From positions 13,866-77,865 of the forward strand of contig CAZBND010000009.1 of NCBI GenBank assembly GCA_964493415.1: DNA of 64,000 bases. The letters are read 5' to 3'. The notes beneath the pieces are model-generated. The model was not told where the DNA came from, did no database searches, and was given only the letters and a program-made list of their open reading frames with translations. The translations under genes and the position numbers were made by a program. Origin of the DNA: an uncultured Planctomycetota bacterium (lineage in GTDB: Bacteria > Planctomycetota > DG-23 > CAZBND01). This document shows, one piece after another, positions 19,936-27,870 of this stretch; the first letter of the stretch is position 1; the number at the start of each line of letters is the position of its first letter.

Positions 19936-21021
19936 TCAGGCGTCCCCTCCGGCCCTGCTGAACCCGGCCAGACGCCGAAGTGCTGTGTCTTTCTCCGTTC
20001 GCTCGATGCGGGAGTGGTTGATGCTGTTCCGGAGAATGTCGACGGAGCGATCGTACGTCTCTCGGTCCACGGGGTACGGTATACCGTCCTTCCCTCCGTG
20101 CGCGAAGCTGAAGCGCGCCGGGTCGCGGAAGCTCACGGGAGCCCCGTGCACCAGCTCCGCGATAAGCGCCAGCGCCCTCAACGTTTTCAACCCCACTCCC
20201 CGCAGCCCAAGCAGCGTCTGGAAATCTTCCGCCGACCGCTCATAGGTCTTCGTGAGAGTCTTGTGCAGTCGATCCGGGTTGATGTCGCGGACCATGATCT
20301 GATGCCGACGCGGGAGCTCCAGGTGTTGCAGCCTCTTGAGTTCCGCCACCAACTTGTCAGGCTTTTCGTTGGAGAGCTCTGTCGACACTTCCCTCGCCTT
20401 CGCCGATTCCCGAGCCACAAGGTTCAACGCTTCCCCCTTCATGTCGCAGCAGACGGCTTTGTGCGGCTCGCACACGAAGCTTTCAAGGTCGTCGATCAGC
20501 CAGTGGTACCTTCGCGCCATTCGGGAGGACTCGTTCATTCCCTGCTGCACCACCGCCCAGCTACCTTTCTGGGTGAAGAGGAAGCAGTGGTGGTAGATGG
20601 AGTAGCCGTCCTGGACCGCGGCGCTGTCGACCTTTGCCGACATCCGACTTGCAAAGACCAGCGGCTCCGGATCGAGCGACAACTTATCACAGTGCCTTGA
20701 GGTCTCTTCAGGCGTCTTACGCGACGCTCCTCCTTTGCCTCCGGCTACGTAGAGCCCCAGCCCCTCGCCGACTCCCTTGAGCCCTTCCTTGAGCGCCGCG
20801 CAGGTTGTCGTCGTCACCCCGCTCGAATGCCAGTCGAACCCCAACACGCATCCAAACGCTTGGAACCAAAAAGGATCGGCAATCCGCCGGAGCACCTCTT
20901 CGGGGCCCAGGTCGGACACCATGAAAACCACGATCTCCCGCGCAAGCTTCTTCATCCGGTTGAACAACCAACGCGGCGCGGCTCCATAATGCAACGGAAG
21001 ATTCGCGGTTCCCGTCTTCAT
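19936..21021 (-). CDS. DUF763-like conserved hypothetical protein
   Basis: 361-aa soluble protein. I recall the FQAFGCVLGFDWHSSGVTTT / LRGVGLKTLRALALIAE (HhH-like) blocks as DUF763, a family of unknown function. Family assignment is from memory. Confidence 0.45.
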   Translation of the reverse strand: MKTGTANLPLHYGAAPRWLFNRMKKLAREIVVFMVSDLGPEEVLRRIADPFWFQAFGCVLGFDWHSSGVTTTTCAALKEGLKGVGEGLGLYVAGGKGGASRKTPEETSRHCDKLSLDPEPLVFASRMSAKVDSAAVQDGYSIYHHCFLFTQKGSWAVVQQGMNESSRMARRYHWLIDDLESFVCEPHKAVCCDMKGEALNLVARESAKAREVSTELSNEKPDKLVAELKRLQHLELPRRHQIMVRDINPDRLHKTLTKTYERSAEDFQTLLGLRGVGLKTLRALALIAELVHGAPVSFRDPARFSFAHGGKDGIPYPVDRETYDRSVDILRNSINHSRIERTEKDTALRRLAGFSRAGGDA

Positions 21022-22016
21022 TCGTCTGGTCCCGTCCCGGTGCTCGCGCCCTTGACGTCGTAGCCTAGCTCTTCATACATGCCGTCGTAGTAGTGGATGT
21101 ATGTGGGCTTCCGCATCTCCTCCCTGTATCGCTCCAGGACTTCTTCGTTGACTTCAATTCGCGCGTCGCCCCAGTTGCTCCACCGTTCGTAATTGGCCCA
21201 GTCCCAGTTTATGTAGCAGAATCCCTTGATCTCGTTCCTGCTCCTTACCAGTTCGAAGTACGGCTCGAACCAAAGTCTCCGGCTCTTCTCCCCATCGAGC
21301 ACGCCGATGTTCCTGGGCGTGGACTCGCATATCATCACCGGCTTCTTGTGTTCGATCGCCGCATCGAGAAACCGGAGCGTCGGTCTTGAGATGATTTCTC
21401 TTGGCATGAATATGTCGATCCCCCACCAGTCCACGTACTCGTCGCCGGGATACCATCGCATGAAGTACTGGTTGCCGCCGCTGGCGTAGCACCAGATGAA
21501 TGCGACATTGTCGGCCTTCTCCTCTTTGAAGAGGCGGTGAATTCTCTTGAACGCCTCAACGTACACGTCGGGATCGTAGCCGTTCCAGTTGCCGTTGAAT
21601 TCGTACCCAGGGCGCAAGAAGACCGGCCTGTTCGTGTCTCGCAGGGCCCTGGCCATCCTCCGCAGGCCGCTGTCAAACTCGCCTTTCACCAGTCGGTCCT
21701 GCGCCCGGCCGTGCGGACCCTCGCCCGCGAATGACAGGCCGATCTGTGGAATCAAGAGTGGGTAGTTATCGAAGTATCGGTCAAGTTGCTTTTGGACTGA
21801 ATCCAGTTTATGGGCTCCGAAATAGATCATGAACACCGCCGGTTGCGTGCCCGGAAGGGCGTCCCAATAGCGCCTGAACGCGTCGGGGCTCTGCCCGGCC
21901 CCATGCAGCACTCGGCTGTCCGGGGGCTCGAACTTCGCCCCGAAATACCCTAGCGCGGATGATGTCGCGGCACAAATCGCAGCCATCCCGAAAACGGCAA
22001 CCAGCTTCGTCCTCAC
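21018..22016 (-). CDS. Secreted glycoside hydrolase, GH26-like (beta-mannanase-like)
   Basis: (V)RTKLVAVFGMAAICAATSSALG is a signal peptide. The downstream TIM-barrel blocks (FMIYFG, WCYASGGN, WWGIDIF, ICESTP) resemble GH26. Start taken at the GTG 22016; the ORF-track TTG at 22073 gives an implausible N-terminus. Confidence 0.45.
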   Translation of the reverse strand: MRTKLVAVFGMAAICAATSSALGYFGAKFEPPDSRVLHGAGQSPDAFRRYWDALPGTQPAVFMIYFGAHKLDSVQKQLDRYFDNYPLLIPQIGLSFAGEGPHGRAQDRLVKGEFDSGLRRMARALRDTNRPVFLRPGYEFNGNWNGYDPDVYVEAFKRIHRLFKEEKADNVAFIWCYASGGNQYFMRWYPGDEYVDWWGIDIFMPREIISRPTLRFLDAAIEHKKPVMICESTPRNIGVLDGEKSRRLWFEPYFELVRSRNEIKGFCYINWDWANYERWSNWGDARIEVNEEVLERYREEMRKPTYIHYYDGMYEELGYDVKGASTGTGPDE

Positions 22017-22050
22017 AGTCAACGCCGGCGCTCCTCCTATGAACCGGTTG

Positions 22051-23013
22051 TTACTCGGGAGTGCACTGCACAAGGACCTTCAAACCCTCCTTCTTGACCG
22101 CCGCCAGCTCGAACGCGTCGTTTATCTCCTCCAGCGGGAACACGTGCGTGATCAGCTTGTCGCCATGCAGTTGATTCCGCCGGATCATCTCCAGCGTTCG
22201 CTCTTTTATCTCACGTGAATAATCCCTGCACTTCAATCCGCGAATCTCGAGCTGCTTGTGGAAGATGTCCTCCACCTCGAAGTTGTCGATCGTCTCGACG
22301 GCCCTCGCGTAGATCCCTATCCGCCCGAATCGCCTTGTGACCTTGAACAATGACCGGATCGGCTCCGCCCGCGCCGTCGTGTCGAATGACAGAGTCGGCC
22401 CTTCGGGAATGAGCCGCTTGACACCTTCCGCTATCGGCTCCTCCGACACGTCGATCGTTCCCGTGGCTCCCAGCTCTCTAGCCGCACCCAGCCGCCACTT
22501 CACTATGTCTCCGCACACGATGGACTCGCAGCCCTTCTCTCTCAAGTGTTCGACAATCATCAGTCCGAAAGGCCCGGCGCCAAGAACCAGCACCTCGTCC
22601 TTAGGAGAAGCCCGCATAATCTCTACCGCTGACAGAGTCTCAAGTCCTGCCATGGCGAGAGCCGCGTGCTTGGGTGCTATCCCTCCTGGAACCTTCACCA
22701 AACCGTCCGAGGGGATTGCGCGGTACTCGTAGTAGCCGCCTGCCAGAACAAGGTCTCCCTTTTTGAACCCTCCGGCTTCCGCTCCGACCTTCTCAACGCG
22801 CCCCACGGCTTCGTGTCCGAACGGGCCTACGGGGTAGTTGACCTCGTGTCTGTAATGCGGATACCCCGTGGAAATCCCCAGGTAGCCGGGCAACTCCGAA
22901 CCGCAGACGGCGTTATAAAGCACCCGCACCAGCACCTCGTCAGCCTTCGGCTCCGGGGATGGCACTTCCTTCAACTCCACCTTCTTGGGCCTCGTAATGA
23001 ACGCAGCACGCAT
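22051..23013 (-). CDS. Zn-dependent medium-chain alcohol/polyol dehydrogenase
   Basis: GroES-like N-terminus with a CGSE Zn-ligand region, a GAGPFGLM Rossmann motif, 320 aa. GGAGGG SD. Confidence 0.8.
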   Translation of the reverse strand: MRAAFITRPKKVELKEVPSPEPKADEVLVRVLYNAVCGSELPGYLGISTGYPHYRHEVNYPVGPFGHEAVGRVEKVGAEAGGFKKGDLVLAGGYYEYRAIPSDGLVKVPGGIAPKHAALAMAGLETLSAVEIMRASPKDEVLVLGAGPFGLMIVEHLREKGCESIVCGDIVKWRLGAARELGATGTIDVSEEPIAEGVKRLIPEGPTLSFDTTARAEPIRSLFKVTRRFGRIGIYARAVETIDNFEVEDIFHKQLEIRGLKCRDYSREIKERTLEMIRRNQLHGDKLITHVFPLEEINDAFELAAVKKEGLKVLVQCTPE

Positions 23014-23152
23014 CGACTTCCCTCCATTCTTGGCAGCTTCATCGTGTTTGCGAGGATGGGATTATATGCGTTCTCGGCCCCGGAAGATAGTGCGCTCACA
23101 CGGCCGCGAGAACCCCCTGAACACGCAATTCTTATGTTGAAATAAATAATAG

Positions 23153-23181
23153 TTGACACATAGCCCAGCCTGAACTAGAAT
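23153..23181 (+). promoter_or_regulatory. sigma70-like promoter upstream of the DUF2089 module
   Basis: TTGACA (23153-58), 17-nt spacer, TAGAAT (23176-81), in a local AT-rich island. AGGAGG SD at 23210-15 precedes the ATG at 23222. Confidence 0.45.
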
Positions 23182-23221
23182 CGCGCAGCAGCAGGAAGAA
23201 AGCTTAAGTAGGAGGTAAGAT

Positions 23222-23575
23222 ATGGCAATATTAGTGTCCTGCCCCCGCTGCGCGAAGTCCCTCAAGCCGGTGCGGCTGGCCTGCGCAGCCTGCGGCACAA
23301 CGGTCGAGGGCGATTTTGAGCTGCCGGAGTTGGCTACGCTGCCTCGGGAGCATCAGGAGTTCATAAAGGTGTTCCTTTTGGCCAGAGGGAACATCACGGA
23401 GGTGGAAAGGCTCTTGGGTGTGTCATATCCGACTGTCCGAAACCGTCTCGATGCGGTCCTGCAGGCACTTGGCGCGCCGGCAAAGGCTCCGACCGGTGCG
23501 GCCGCGGCAATTCTTGCGAAGCTCGAAGCGGGTGAAGTATCGGTCGATGAGGCGTTGAAGCTTCTGAAGAAGTAG
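23222..23575 (+). CDS. DUF2089-type Zn-ribbon + HTH regulatory protein
   Basis: N-terminal CPRCAKSL...CAACG zinc ribbon followed by ...EHQEFIKVFLLARGNITEVERLLGVSYPTVRNRLD, an HTH. This architecture is characteristic of DUF2089. Confidence 0.7.
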   Translation: MAILVSCPRCAKSLKPVRLACAACGTTVEGDFELPELATLPREHQEFIKVFLLARGNITEVERLLGVSYPTVRNRLDAVLQALGAPAKAPTGAAAAILAKLEAGEVSVDEALKLLKK

Positions 23576-23587
23576 GAGGGTAAGAAG

Positions 23588-24187
23588 ATGTCCGACGAGC
23601 AAATGAGGATCCTTGACATGCTGCGGGAGGGGAAAATAGGCCCCGAGGAAGCTGAGAATCTCCTGAAGGCAATTTCGTCGGGGACCGGGAAGAAGGAGCG
23701 CGATTCGCAGTCTGTGTTCGAACGGGTTACGAAAAAGCTGGGAGGGATGAAGGTTTTCCCGGGGGCCGCTAGATTTGACGAGGAGGCGAATGTGCACGGG
23801 CCCCTGACGATCGGGGGTGGAGCGAAATTTGAGAAAGACGTAGGCGTCAAGGGGCCTCTCAGCATAGGCGGGGGGACCACGTTCCAGGGAAACGTAGATC
23901 ACTCAGGGGCGTTTAATTGCGGTGGCAGTGTCAAGTTCGAGGGAGAAGCCAAGGTCCGCGCAGACGGCATGAACGTCGGGGGCTCTCTCAAGTTCGCCGA
24001 CAGAGCAGAAGTCTCCGTCAGTGACAAGATCAGGGTCAAAGGGGACCTCATTCTGGAGTCTGGAGCGCAGCTTTCGGTAACGGGCGACATCGTGGTGGAC
24101 GGTCAGGTGGTCGACAAAGGCAGTGTGTCTGGAACGAAAGTCCGGACTGCCGAGAAGTCCGAGGCCGCGAAAGAAGAGGAAGACTAG
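23588..24187 (+). CDS. SHOCT-like N-motif + beta-helix (bactofilin/toastrack-like) protein
   Basis: The N-terminus MSDEQMRILDMLREGKIGPEEAENLLKAI is followed by ~7 repeats of an ~18-aa G-x-L-x-I-G-G-G-x-x-F-x-G-x-V unit, predicting a right-handed beta-helix. The TIR is near-identical to the upstream gene's (AAGTAGGAGGgTAAGAagATG). Confidence 0.6.
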   Translation: MSDEQMRILDMLREGKIGPEEAENLLKAISSGTGKKERDSQSVFERVTKKLGGMKVFPGAARFDEEANVHGPLTIGGGAKFEKDVGVKGPLSIGGGTTFQGNVDHSGAFNCGGSVKFEGEAKVRADGMNVGGSLKFADRAEVSVSDKIRVKGDLILESGAQLSVTGDIVVDGQVVDKGSVSGTKVRTAEKSEAAKEEED

Positions 24188-24189
24188 AA

Positions 24190-24717
24190 ATGGACGATCT
24201 GCCGGAGAGGGAAGTCCGGAAGTTGCTCGACGAAGGCAAAGTCACATCAGAGGAAGCAAAGCGGCTTGTGAGCGCGATCAGGCAAAGTATGCCGGACGAA
24301 GACCGGGGCGTAGGATTGGCTCAATGCGGCGGGCCCGGCGGGAGCGCTCATTCCGCGTTGCCTGACACGTGGCGTCCGGTCACTCCGACGAGGATCGCCG
24401 CCAAGGGCGCTGGGCTCCTCGTCGCCGGCGGGTTCATCGGAGCCGGGCTTGCCGTCGGATTCATGGGATTGGCCCTCTTGGGACTCGGGATCCTGCTGTT
24501 GGGCCTCGCGGCTGGTATCATCTTGTTTCCGTTCGCCATGCTCGGCCGCGCAGCGGCAAACAAGCTCAGACCGAAAGGCTCTACTCCGGGATCGGAGAGC
24601 GAAACTCGGCGGCTGAGAGAACTTCGCGCAATTCCGCGCAGACTGCCCAGAAGAAGGAGGCCTGTCGATGGCTCGCGAGGAGGAAATGGAAATTCTGAAG
24701 ATGCTGGAAGAAGGTAA
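24190..24717 (+). CDS. SHOCT-like N-motif + membrane-anchor protein
   Basis: N-terminus LPEREVRKLLDEGKVTSEEAKRLVSAI, then 2-3 Gly-rich TM helices (GAGLLVAGGFIGAGLAVGFMGLALLGLGILLLGLAAGIILFPFAML). Confidence 0.55.
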   Translation: MDDLPEREVRKLLDEGKVTSEEAKRLVSAIRQSMPDEDRGVGLAQCGGPGGSAHSALPDTWRPVTPTRIAAKGAGLLVAGGFIGAGLAVGFMGLALLGLGILLLGLAAGIILFPFAMLGRAAANKLRPKGSTPGSESETRRLRELRAIPRRLPRRRRPVDGSRGGNGNSEDAGRR

Positions 24718-25069
24718 GATCAACGCTGGAGAAGCGGCGAAGCTGCTCGAGGCCGTCGGTGGCGGCGCGGTAGGAACAAACGCTCGCGACGAGCAACCCC
24801 AAGCCTCCGAGCGCGCGCGCTGGTTTCGCCTCCGCGTGACCGAGGCGGGTGACGCGAAGGTGAACGTCCGCATCCCGCTGTTCTTCACGAGGTGGATGGG
24901 CAACAGCGTCACCCGGTTCATTCCGCCAAAGGCGAAGGAAAAGATGCGGGAGGCCGGCGTGGAGCCCGAAACCATCAGCGAAACTCTTGCCGAGCTTGGA
25001 AAGGCGGGGAAGTGCCGGCTGGTTGACATCCACGACGACGACGATCACGTTGAGGCGTGGCTCGAGTAG
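24668..25069 (+). CDS. SHOCT-like N-motif small soluble protein
   Basis: N-terminus EEMEILKMLEEGKINAGEAAKLLEAV. AAGGAGG SD 7 nt upstream of the ATG. The start lies inside the 3' end of the preceding gene (a 50-nt out-of-frame overlap). The C-terminus is acidic (DIHDDDDHVEAWLE). Confidence 0.55.
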   Translation: MAREEEMEILKMLEEGKINAGEAAKLLEAVGGGAVGTNARDEQPQASERARWFRLRVTEAGDAKVNVRIPLFFTRWMGNSVTRFIPPKAKEKMREAGVEPETISETLAELGKAGKCRLVDIHDDDDHVEAWLE

Positions 25070-25185
25070 CCTAGAATGCCGCCGGTCCTTTGTTCAAGAA
25101 AACCGGTGGCAAGTGTAGTGGATGGCGAGTATAAGACCGGGTTAGGCATTCTGCCCCGGGCAGGTGACGCACAAGGAGCCGCGTC

Positions 25186-26550
25186 ATGCGAGAGAGAATG
25201 GAAAACGCTTTGCGGAAGAGCGACGCCGAATACGCCGAAATCCGCCTTGAGGAAGTGACATCCTCCTGGGTCGCTTTCCGAGGGGACGAACTCGATAGCG
25301 TGGGTTCCTGCCGCAACGTCGGAGGGATAGCGAGAGCCTTGGTTCGCGGCGGCTGGGGGTACGCAACCTTCAACGACCTGAACGACTTGGAGACCAGGGT
25401 TGCAGAGGCCTGCGAATCGGCCCGCATCGTGGGAAAGGAAGCCAGCAGTTTCGCTGAAGTCGAACCTGTCGTTGACGCGACCAAAGCCGTGCTCAAGAAG
25501 GACTTCCGCGCCGTATCTCTTTCTCAGAAGAAGTCCGTGGTCGAGGACTACAACCGTATCGTCCTTCGCAAACACGATAGGATACAGACTTCGGATGTCG
25601 GGTACAGTGACAGCTTCAGGAAGGTCTGGTACGCCAACACGGAAGGAACGTACATCGAGGACGAGCGGCCTGACGTGACGGTCAGGATATCCGCAACCGC
25701 CCGAGACGGTGACAACGTGCAGAGGGGCTTTGAGAGCGCCGCCGGGGCCTCGGGATTCCAGGTCGCCGAAGGCCTGCACGAGAAAGCGGAGAACGCGGCA
25801 GGTCGAGCAGTCGAGCTCCTTTCAGCTCCTTCCGTCAAGGGCGGCAAATACACCGTCATCGTTAACCCCCGCCTGGCGGGCGTCTTCGCTCACGAGGCGT
25901 TCGGCCATCTCAGCGAAGCTGACTTCGTGCACGAGAATGACCGCATGAAAGACCTCATGACTCTGGGCAAGAAGTTCGGTCCCGATTTACTTGACATCAT
26001 CGACGACGGAAGCCTGCCCGGCCGGCGAGGTACCCATAAGTACGACGATGAAGGCGTCAAGACCCGCGAGAATTACCTGATAAAGGACGGGGTGCTTGTC
26101 GGGCGGCTCCATTCACGAGAGACCGCCGCAAAGATGGGGGAGCGGCCTACAGGGAATGCCAGAGCCGTTAGCTACCCGTTCCAGCCCGTGGTCAGGATGA
26201 CCAATACTTACGTCGACAAAGGTGAGTCCCGGTTCGACGACATGATAGCCGACGTGAAGCTCGGCCTGTACGCAGTGGACATGGTAGGCGGGCAAACGAG
26301 CGTGGAGATGTTCACCTTCTCCGCCGCCTATGGCTACATGATCAGGAATGGAGCCGTTGCCGAGCTTGTGCGTGATGTCGTTTTGACCGGTAACGTTTTC
26401 GAGACGCTGCACAACATAGACATGCTCGGCGACGAGGTCGAGTGGCCGTCCGCAGGTGGCGGCTGCGGGAAGGGCGCTCAAAGTCCGCTCCCTGTGGGGT
26501 TCGGCGGCCCATACGTCCGCATTCGCAACGTGGTGGTGGGTGGAAGGTGA
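25186..26550 (+). CDS. tldD: TldD family metalloprotease
   Basis: 454 aa with an HEAFGH Zn-binding motif and a GGxxxG-rich C-terminus typical of TldD. Confidence 0.9.
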   Translation: MRERMENALRKSDAEYAEIRLEEVTSSWVAFRGDELDSVGSCRNVGGIARALVRGGWGYATFNDLNDLETRVAEACESARIVGKEASSFAEVEPVVDATKAVLKKDFRAVSLSQKKSVVEDYNRIVLRKHDRIQTSDVGYSDSFRKVWYANTEGTYIEDERPDVTVRISATARDGDNVQRGFESAAGASGFQVAEGLHEKAENAAGRAVELLSAPSVKGGKYTVIVNPRLAGVFAHEAFGHLSEADFVHENDRMKDLMTLGKKFGPDLLDIIDDGSLPGRRGTHKYDDEGVKTRENYLIKDGVLVGRLHSRETAAKMGERPTGNARAVSYPFQPVVRMTNTYVDKGESRFDDMIADVKLGLYAVDMVGGQTSVEMFTFSAAYGYMIRNGAVAELVRDVVLTGNVFETLHNIDMLGDEVEWPSAGGGCGKGAQSPLPVGFGGPYVRIRNVVVGGR

Positions 26551-27833
26551 TGATAGCAGGCAAGCTGGTCGAGAAGGCGATGGCCAGAGCTGAAGGAGCC
26601 CAGGCCTCTTTCGTCAGGACCGAGTCCAGCAACATAGCATTCGAAAACGACAAGCTCAAGTCGGCGCGCTCTTCTCAAACCACCCATCTCGCCGTGAGGG
26701 TTGTACTGGACGGAAAGATTGGTTCCTGCAGCACGACTGATTCGAACGACATCGACGGAGTGGTAGCCGGGGCGGTCGAAGCGGCGGAGTTCGGCAGCCC
26801 GGCACACTTCCAGTTCCCCGGCCCTCGGGAAGCTCAGAACGTGGAAGTATATGACGACGCCGTCCCCCCTGTTACTAGGGAGGAGATGGTAGTCGTGTGC
26901 CAAGAGATGCTTGAATTGATCAAAGGTTTCAACTCAGAGATATTAGTCAGCGCAAGCGCGGGCAAATCTCGTTCGCAAGTCGAGTTCGCCAATTCCGCGG
27001 GCGTCGGGTTCACGACCGAGACCACTTCCTTCGGGGGTGGTGTTTCGGGCGTCTGGGTACGGGGCACGGATATATTGTGGGCCGGTCATGGCCACAGTTC
27101 GAAGAAGCGTGAGCTGGACCACCTCGCCCTCTCTCGAAAGGCGGTCGATCTATTCCGGATGGCCCAGAATATCGCCCCTGTCCAGTCCGGTGAGATGCCG
27201 GTGGTATTCTCTCCGGAAGGGATGCACGTGCTCCTCCTGTCGCTTCGAATGGGGGTTAACGGCAAGAACGTTGTGTTGGGCGCGTCCCCGTTGAGAGGAA
27301 AGCTGGGCCAACAAATTGCGGATGCCAAGTTTTCCGTCACGGACAACCCGCTAATCGAGTATGCCGCTGCCAGCAGCAAGTACGACGCCGAAGGGGTTCC
27401 GCGACAGGTCACGCCGATAATCCGAAACGGCGTGTTGGAAAATTTCCTTTATGACCTGGACGCTGCCGGCCGGGCATCCGCGCAGACCACGGGACACGGC
27501 ATCGGCTGTTCCCCCACAAATCTTGTCATCGGTGAAGGGGACACCCCCTACAAGCAGATGATAAAGGATACAAAAGAAGGCTTGCTGGTCCACAGCGTGA
27601 TGGGACTGGGGCAGGGCAACCCCATCAGCGGCGAGTTCTCCGTCAACGTCCAGCTCGGATACAAGATACATGACGGCGAGATAACAGGCCGAGTCAAGGA
27701 TGTAATGCTTGCGGGGAACACCTACGACGCTCTAAGAAACGTGGAGGCCGTCGGCGACAAGGCGGAATGGGTGGGAGGAGCGCTCCTGGCTCCGCCGATA
27801 AAGATCGGCGCTCTGAGCGTCGTATCCGATTAG
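26550..27833 (+). CDS. pmbA: PmbA/TldE family protein (TldD partner)
   Basis: Collinear with the PmbA family (MIAGKLVEKAMARAEGAQASFVRTESSNIAFEND...). Its ATG overlaps the tldD stop (TGATGA). Start set at 26550 rather than the ORF-track 26442. Confidence 0.85.
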   Translation: MIAGKLVEKAMARAEGAQASFVRTESSNIAFENDKLKSARSSQTTHLAVRVVLDGKIGSCSTTDSNDIDGVVAGAVEAAEFGSPAHFQFPGPREAQNVEVYDDAVPPVTREEMVVVCQEMLELIKGFNSEILVSASAGKSRSQVEFANSAGVGFTTETTSFGGGVSGVWVRGTDILWAGHGHSSKKRELDHLALSRKAVDLFRMAQNIAPVQSGEMPVVFSPEGMHVLLLSLRMGVNGKNVVLGASPLRGKLGQQIADAKFSVTDNPLIEYAAASSKYDAEGVPRQVTPIIRNGVLENFLYDLDAAGRASAQTTGHGIGCSPTNLVIGEGDTPYKQMIKDTKEGLLVHSVMGLGQGNPISGEFSVNVQLGYKIHDGEITGRVKDVMLAGNTYDALRNVEAVGDKAEWVGGALLAPPIKIGALSVVSD

Positions 27834-27870
27834 GTCTCGCAAATTCCTCCCGTAACGCCGGCCCTCTTGC

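Noticed and set aside
24247-25029. 260-aa minus-strand ORF spanning the three SHOCT-like genes
   Set aside because: It is antisense to three SD-bearing plus-strand genes with a conserved motif. Its product is Ser/Ala/Arg low-complexity.
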